From Candidatus Thorarchaeota archaeon (lineage in GTDB: Archaea; Asgardarchaeota; Heimdallarchaeia; Hodarchaeales; Hodarchaeaceae): 32,000 nt of DNA. Below, one piece after another: positions 27,868 through 32,000 of this stretch (position 1 is its first letter; every line of letters begins with the position of its first letter). The stretch lies in contig JBHLRO010000013.1 of the NCBI GenBank assembly GCA_048882505.1, forward strand, positions 1 through 32,000, in the 5' to 3' direction. A program made the position numbers and the translations under genes. The notes beneath the pieces are model-generated. The model was not told the DNA's origin and did not search any database. It saw nothing but the letters and a program-made list of their open reading frames with translations.

Positions 27868-28347
27868 TTAGGAATCCCGCCACAACAGGTACATGAAAAA
27901 TGCGGTGAATCCCCCGCCTAGAAGGCCACCAAAGAAACCAACATCCAGCCACCAATTATATGCTTCCTCAACCGTATAGATCAGAATAGCTAGAATCCCT
28001 CCAAGCAAACTAACAACAAATGCAACTCCAGATAATACCAAACCATAAAATAAAAGTTGTTTTGTTGGAGAATAATCTGGATTCATTAGCTTATAGCCCG
28101 AAATTGCTGCACAATAGAAGAGCCCTCCAGCAAGAACCAAAAAGATTGGGAGTAATAATAGGGCCATTGGATTACCTAGATTTTCTAAAAGGGACGGAAA
28201 ACCAACATATTCGTAGACTTCCACTTGACCTCCCCAATATGCACCTGAAAAGTCATCTATGAGGAATAATAGTCCACCAAGAACTCCAGTTATAACAACT
28301 AATCCGTAGAGGTTCCTTTTCTCCTCTAGAACGTTTTGTAAGCTCAT
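27868..28347 (-). CDS. Four-TM membrane protein (159 aa from ATG 28347)
   Basis: Four Gly-rich hydrophobic segments; the ORF track starts at 28389. Confidence 0.7.
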   Translation of the reverse strand: MSLQNVLEEKRNLYGLVVITGVLGGLLFLIDDFSGAYWGGQVEVYEYVGFPSLLENLGNPMALLLLPIFLVLAGGLFYCAAISGYKLMNPDYSPTKQLLFYGLVLSGVAFVVSLLGGILAILIYTVEEAYNWWLDVGFFGGLLGGGFTAFFMYLLWRDS

Positions 28348-28629
28348 AGACCAAGTTGAATGGTTATTTCTAATAAACCTTCTCATCACACATCGTGGTA
28401 GCAGGCCGTCTATTTCGTTGTAAAAGCTATATGGATGGATTCAGGATATCAAATCGTGAAGTAATCCTGCTCGTATACAATTCAAAATTCGGTACCATTA
28501 TGTGTTTGGAGGATGACAAATTGAGCATGACCACGACACCGCTTGAGATTCATAATTGAGCAGTTTACAAAATCCGCCTTCACTAGGTTGACCAATCAGA
28601 TGATCCTGTTCTATCGATGTAAGGAAAGG

Positions 28630-28837
28630 TTAGAAAATATAGCTTACAAAGTTAACATCTTTTATACCTGCATTCGCTTCATAGGTCTCTTTGATTGCCT
28701 CCACAGCGGCTCCGACGGAAGGAGGGGTAATCAAGGAGGTCCCCACTATTACTGCAGATGGTCCATTTTTCAACCATTTAGACCATTCTTGTGTCTCCGT
28801 CTTGAAAATCCGATCGCGGGATATTAACCCTTTTCAT
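28630..28837 (-). pseudogene. Possible degraded gene fragment of unknown family
   Basis: ATG at 28837 followed by a one-base shift gives MK/GLISRDRIFKTETQEWSKWLKNGPSAVIVGTSLITPPSVGAAVEAIKETYEANAGIKDVNFVSYIF*. Protein-like, but no homologue recognised. Confidence 0.2.
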
Positions 28838-28876
28838 GCTCTTTTCCGCAGATTCTCTGTTTTCTTGACGTATTTT

Positions 28877-30433
28877 TTATTCAACCTTTTCATAAATTGC
28901 TCCTTTAGCGTGTGGAGTAAATTCTGCAGTTACTGAACCCCAATTTTTGATTACTCCTGCCGTTGCAGATTTGTCTCGCAGATATTCTATGTTCTTAAGG
29001 TGTGAATTTTGAAGATAATCGATTGCCAGCACCGAAACGCTCACAATGCTCGCCCCCACCAATAGGAAAAACAGGCCCACAGTCCACAAAATCAAAAGCG
29101 CCAGGCCGTAAATGTCAAGGGTGAATCCGGCTACCTGGATTTCTGCCCCAGTTGTTTCGGGCCTGAAATCCTCTGTGACCTCAACTGCCAATGCTCCCAA
29201 TGATAAGATACCAGAAAATCCTATAATGATGCCTAAACCGTCCCTCAGGATTTTTCCCAACGGTTTTACGGCGACTATATCGCCTTGTTCGCTTGTCACC
29301 ACTCGTTTTACACCTCCATCATTGAAAGCCCAAATGCGCGGAAAATACGGAAGGAAAAGCAATAATACGATGGGGGTGACTAATGGGGTGAGAACTAATG
29401 CAACCCGTTGATCTTGACCCGGGAAATTTTGGACAAAAAACACTGCGAGAATTGAGGCCAATGCGGTCGGAAAAACCAATACATCATACCATCGTTGTTT
29501 GTAAAGCTCTTTTATGGTTGATCGAAGACCAGACAGATCTATGACGTTCACAAACCTTTCTTCAACAAAAAAGTCGCCTTGAAAATCAAAGATAGGTATA
29601 TAACCAACTAGCCTCCCCAATTTGCCATTCAAGAGTTTAAGCATATAGTATGTGACTCTTTTACCTCCAATCAGCCTTGAAATCCTCGTAAGCATGAGAA
29701 TAAACGCGGTAATTATGCCAATCCCTCCTCCAATGGCAACCGCATATATGAAATTCTGAGCTATAAAGATGAAATGGTTTGCAAGATTGAACCAGATGGA
29801 TCGAGCGATGTCTTGAAACCAAAAGCCAATTCCCCCTTCTTGAAATTGGAAATAAGTTCCAATGACTTGTCCTTTCCTTTCTGCAAGATCTATTGCTCCC
29901 GTTGTCGCATTGTACTTCCGTTTTGTGATCGTGTAATCGTTTCCAATAAAAGGCTCCAGCCTAAGAACTCTGTCTTGCACATCAAACCAGAGGCTCCATT
30001 GAGGTGCTCTTACGGTCACTATCGTATCATTCCAATAATCAAAGGCAAGCTCCTCTCCGTCTATGAAATAAGAAACGGTGCCATTACGATGGTGTTCTTG
30101 GATCCTGTGGATTTCTTGTGGTTCAAAGAATTTCGTTTCCCCACTTAGAACAGTTACCGCTAAATTATCCTCCTCAAATGTTATTGTTACGTCATCTAAA
30201 GGGTCGCCAGATGTTGGATCCCAAAAAGTTAGGGACTCAAGTGGACCCAAATCCTCGCGAAGATTTACAGCTGTTGGAGTAACTACCGAATAAAATCCAG
30301 GGCTATCTGGCAGAACTTCTGCTGTCGCGATAAAAACTGCTCCCAGAATGGCAAAAAAGGCGGAGAACACCCATATAATTATGAAAAAAACCAGTTTTGT
30401 TTTCCTTGACATAGGAGTTAATCGATATACCAT
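28877..30433 (-). CDS. Hypothetical membrane protein with extracellular beta-rich domain (518 aa)
   Basis: N-terminal TM, about 170-aa Thr/Asp-rich beta region, then 5-6 TM segments including a PRIWAFNDGGVKRV loop. Alternative start at 30412. Confidence 0.78.
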   Translation of the reverse strand: MVYRLTPMSRKTKLVFFIIIWVFSAFFAILGAVFIATAEVLPDSPGFYSVVTPTAVNLREDLGPLESLTFWDPTSGDPLDDVTITFEEDNLAVTVLSGETKFFEPQEIHRIQEHHRNGTVSYFIDGEELAFDYWNDTIVTVRAPQWSLWFDVQDRVLRLEPFIGNDYTITKRKYNATTGAIDLAERKGQVIGTYFQFQEGGIGFWFQDIARSIWFNLANHFIFIAQNFIYAVAIGGGIGIITAFILMLTRISRLIGGKRVTYYMLKLLNGKLGRLVGYIPIFDFQGDFFVEERFVNVIDLSGLRSTIKELYKQRWYDVLVFPTALASILAVFFVQNFPGQDQRVALVLTPLVTPIVLLLFLPYFPRIWAFNDGGVKRVVTSEQGDIVAVKPLGKILRDGLGIIIGFSGILSLGALAVEVTEDFRPETTGAEIQVAGFTLDIYGLALLILWTVGLFFLLVGASIVSVSVLAIDYLQNSHLKNIEYLRDKSATAGVIKNWGSVTAEFTPHAKGAIYEKVE

Positions 30434-30484
30434 CTGATTGACCTTCTTCTCATCATTAGCGACAATATTCGCTAAAATAATAGA

Positions 30485-30521
30485 ATAGGTATGATCCAGA
30501 ATATTGGATTTTTTAACCTAT
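30485..30521. other. Imperfect hairpin downstream of dinB (possible terminator)
   Basis: ATAGGT...ATCCA-GAATAT-TGGAT...ACCTAT; a second inverted repeat TTAGCGA-CAATAT-TCGCTAA lies at 30456-30475. Confidence 0.3.
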
Positions 30522-30561
30522 GCTTAAGATACCAGAAAAGAAATCCCTTACTCTAATGCGG

Positions 30562-31680
30562 TTAACTAAAGAAGCTCTCTAGCGAGGTTTTTCCAGCACT
30601 ACTCTTGAGAGAAGAAACCTTTACTCCAACAAGCCGGACAGGTTTTGCAAATTCCGCGCCTTGTTCGGTAGTGAATTCTTGGAGCAGGTTTAAGGCAGTT
30701 TCATAAATTGTTTTCTCGTCCGCAATGTGGGTTCTTAGTGAATGACTCCGCGTGAAGGTTTGAAATCCCTGGAACCTAATTTTGATGGAAATTGTCTTCG
30801 ATACCAGCTTCCTGTCTGTTAATCGCTTTGACAGATTTGTTGTTATCTGAGCCACTTTTTCCCTGATAATATCCCATTCATCTTGGTCTGTTCCAAAAGT
30901 TCGTTCAGAGCTTATAGATTTGCGTTGTACTCTGGAATTGCCCACCTCTTTGAAATTTTTTCCTTCCACAACTTTTTTCAGGTGCAATCCCCATTCTCCT
31001 ATCAGAAGAAAAACCCTCTCTCGCGATAGTTCCGCTATATCACCGATACTTCTTAATCCTTTATTATGTAGGTGTACCTCGGTCTTTTTTCCTACGCCAA
31101 CGATCTTGCGCACAGGGAGATGATATAGTTTTCGAGGGATTTCGGAATTCGGAATTAAGGTAATTCCGCCTGGTTTATCGAGGTCAGACGCGATTTTAGC
31201 AATGGATTTGGATTCTGCGACACCTAATGAGACTGAAAGGCCAACTTCCTCCTTAATGGTTGTTTGTATTTGTTCGGCGATATCACGAGGGGATTCTCCA
31301 AATTCACGCCAAATCCTGGTTACATCAAGGTAAGCTTCGTCCATACCTGCATATTGAAAAATCGATGAGAATTCACGAACGATGTCCATTACTTTTTGTG
31401 ATTCCGTCACGTATTCCGGGAATGAAATCTGTTCCCGAGAGCAGATATATACTCCATCTGGACATAACTGATATGCTTTTGATATTGGCATTCCAGAGTG
31501 CAGCCCAAACCTTCGTGCTTCATATGAGCAGGTCGAAATGACTCCGCGTCCTGTTCCGCCCCGAGGATCCGACCCTATGATGACAGGACGCCCCATCAAA
31601 AAGGGGTTGTGTTTAATATGCACCGCTGCAAAAAAGCAGTCTAAATCGATGTGAATTATTACATGATGCCAATCTTTCAT
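30562..31680 (-). CDS. dinB: DNA polymerase IV (Y-family)
   Basis: IIHIDLDCFFAAV, CSYEARRFGLHSGMP, MDEAYLD, AKIASDLDKPGG, GVGKKT, little-finger KSISSERTF. Confidence 0.95.
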   Translation of the reverse strand: MKDWHHVIIHIDLDCFFAAVHIKHNPFLMGRPVIIGSDPRGGTGRGVISTCSYEARRFGLHSGMPISKAYQLCPDGVYICSREQISFPEYVTESQKVMDIVREFSSIFQYAGMDEAYLDVTRIWREFGESPRDIAEQIQTTIKEEVGLSVSLGVAESKSIAKIASDLDKPGGITLIPNSEIPRKLYHLPVRKIVGVGKKTEVHLHNKGLRSIGDIAELSRERVFLLIGEWGLHLKKVVEGKNFKEVGNSRVQRKSISSERTFGTDQDEWDIIREKVAQITTNLSKRLTDRKLVSKTISIKIRFQGFQTFTRSHSLRTHIADEKTIYETALNLLQEFTTEQGAEFAKPVRLVGVKVSSLKSSAGKTSLESFFS

Positions 31681-31843
31681 GTAACTTCAAAAATCATGTA
31701 ACTCCAGGTAAATAAAAAGTCTTGGTTTACCTAATTCCAAACTTAACTACTCCTGGAGCGGTGAGTTACAAATCTCTCAAACTAATTAAACCGAGAGGGA
31801 AATTTCTGTGTATGAGAATCTCAATCCTAAACAGATAAGGCAA

Positions 31844-31999
31844 TTAAGATTCCTTGGGAGCTTGAAAGGGAACTAAATCCAAAACATTAAGCTCAAATCT
31901 CTCTATCGGATCAAAATGGCACCGTACTGGGTACACCCTTACTCCAGCACGAATAGCGCTAAGTAATGCAGTAGAGAATCTTGGATCCATTGAATTGTT
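31844..31999 (-). CDS. sfsA: C-terminal end of an SfsA-like (sugar fermentation stimulation) nuclease; runs off the window
   Basis: Open minus-strand frame ...MDPRFSTALLSAIRAGVRVYPVRCHFD...* resembles the SfsA C-terminal DPxFAxALxxAxxxGVxV motif; not in the ORF track. Confidence 0.6.
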   Translation of the reverse strand, partial: NNSMDPRFSTALLSAIRAGVRVYPVRCHFDPIERFELNVLDLVPFQAPKES

Positions 32000-32000
32000 G

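Noticed and set aside
28691-28936. 81-aa and 94-aa plus-strand ORFs in this area
   Set aside because: They oppose the local minus-strand gene run and lack motifs; likely shadows.
1-32000. CRISPR arrays, tRNA/rRNA genes, IS elements, integrases and the remaining short nested ORFs
   Set aside because: No regularly spaced repeats, cloverleaf or rRNA motifs, or recombinase/transposase motifs were seen by eye. Nested ORFs overlap better-supported genes.

Overview
AT-rich archaeal chromosomal window, most likely from an Asgard archaeon (inference from a longin-like/wHTH protein, a long TPR protein, a tandem Lrp-like regulator, GGTG/GAGG-type SD motifs and TATA-like boxes; no rRNA is present to confirm). 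No tRNA, rRNA, CRISPR array, transposase or integrase was recognised. About 30 CDS include an RPH-like phosphotransferase C-terminus, two MFS transporters, a MinD/ParA ATPase coupled to a longin-wHTH gene, an HTH-NTPase, a TPR protein, a Nudix hydrolase, a stand-alone receiver, an M20 peptidase, tryptophanase, an SCP2/hydrolase/PlsC lipid cluster, ThpR, a PadR-HAAS pair and DinB. Four elements absent from the supplied ORF track were found by hand. (1) A 49-aa signal-peptide-like ORF with a good SD (12405-12554) lies head-to-head with a double Lrp-type HTH regulator and could release an ~8-aa peptide (GAVRSGVD), making it a candidate peptide-signalling system. (2) A frameshifted Nudix pseudogene lies at 6902-7341. 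(3) A frameshifted receiver-domain relic lies at 9709-9886; together with (2) it brackets the TPR gene as a decayed second copy of the adjacent receiver-Nudix pair. (4) The C-terminus of an SfsA-like gene sits at the right edge.
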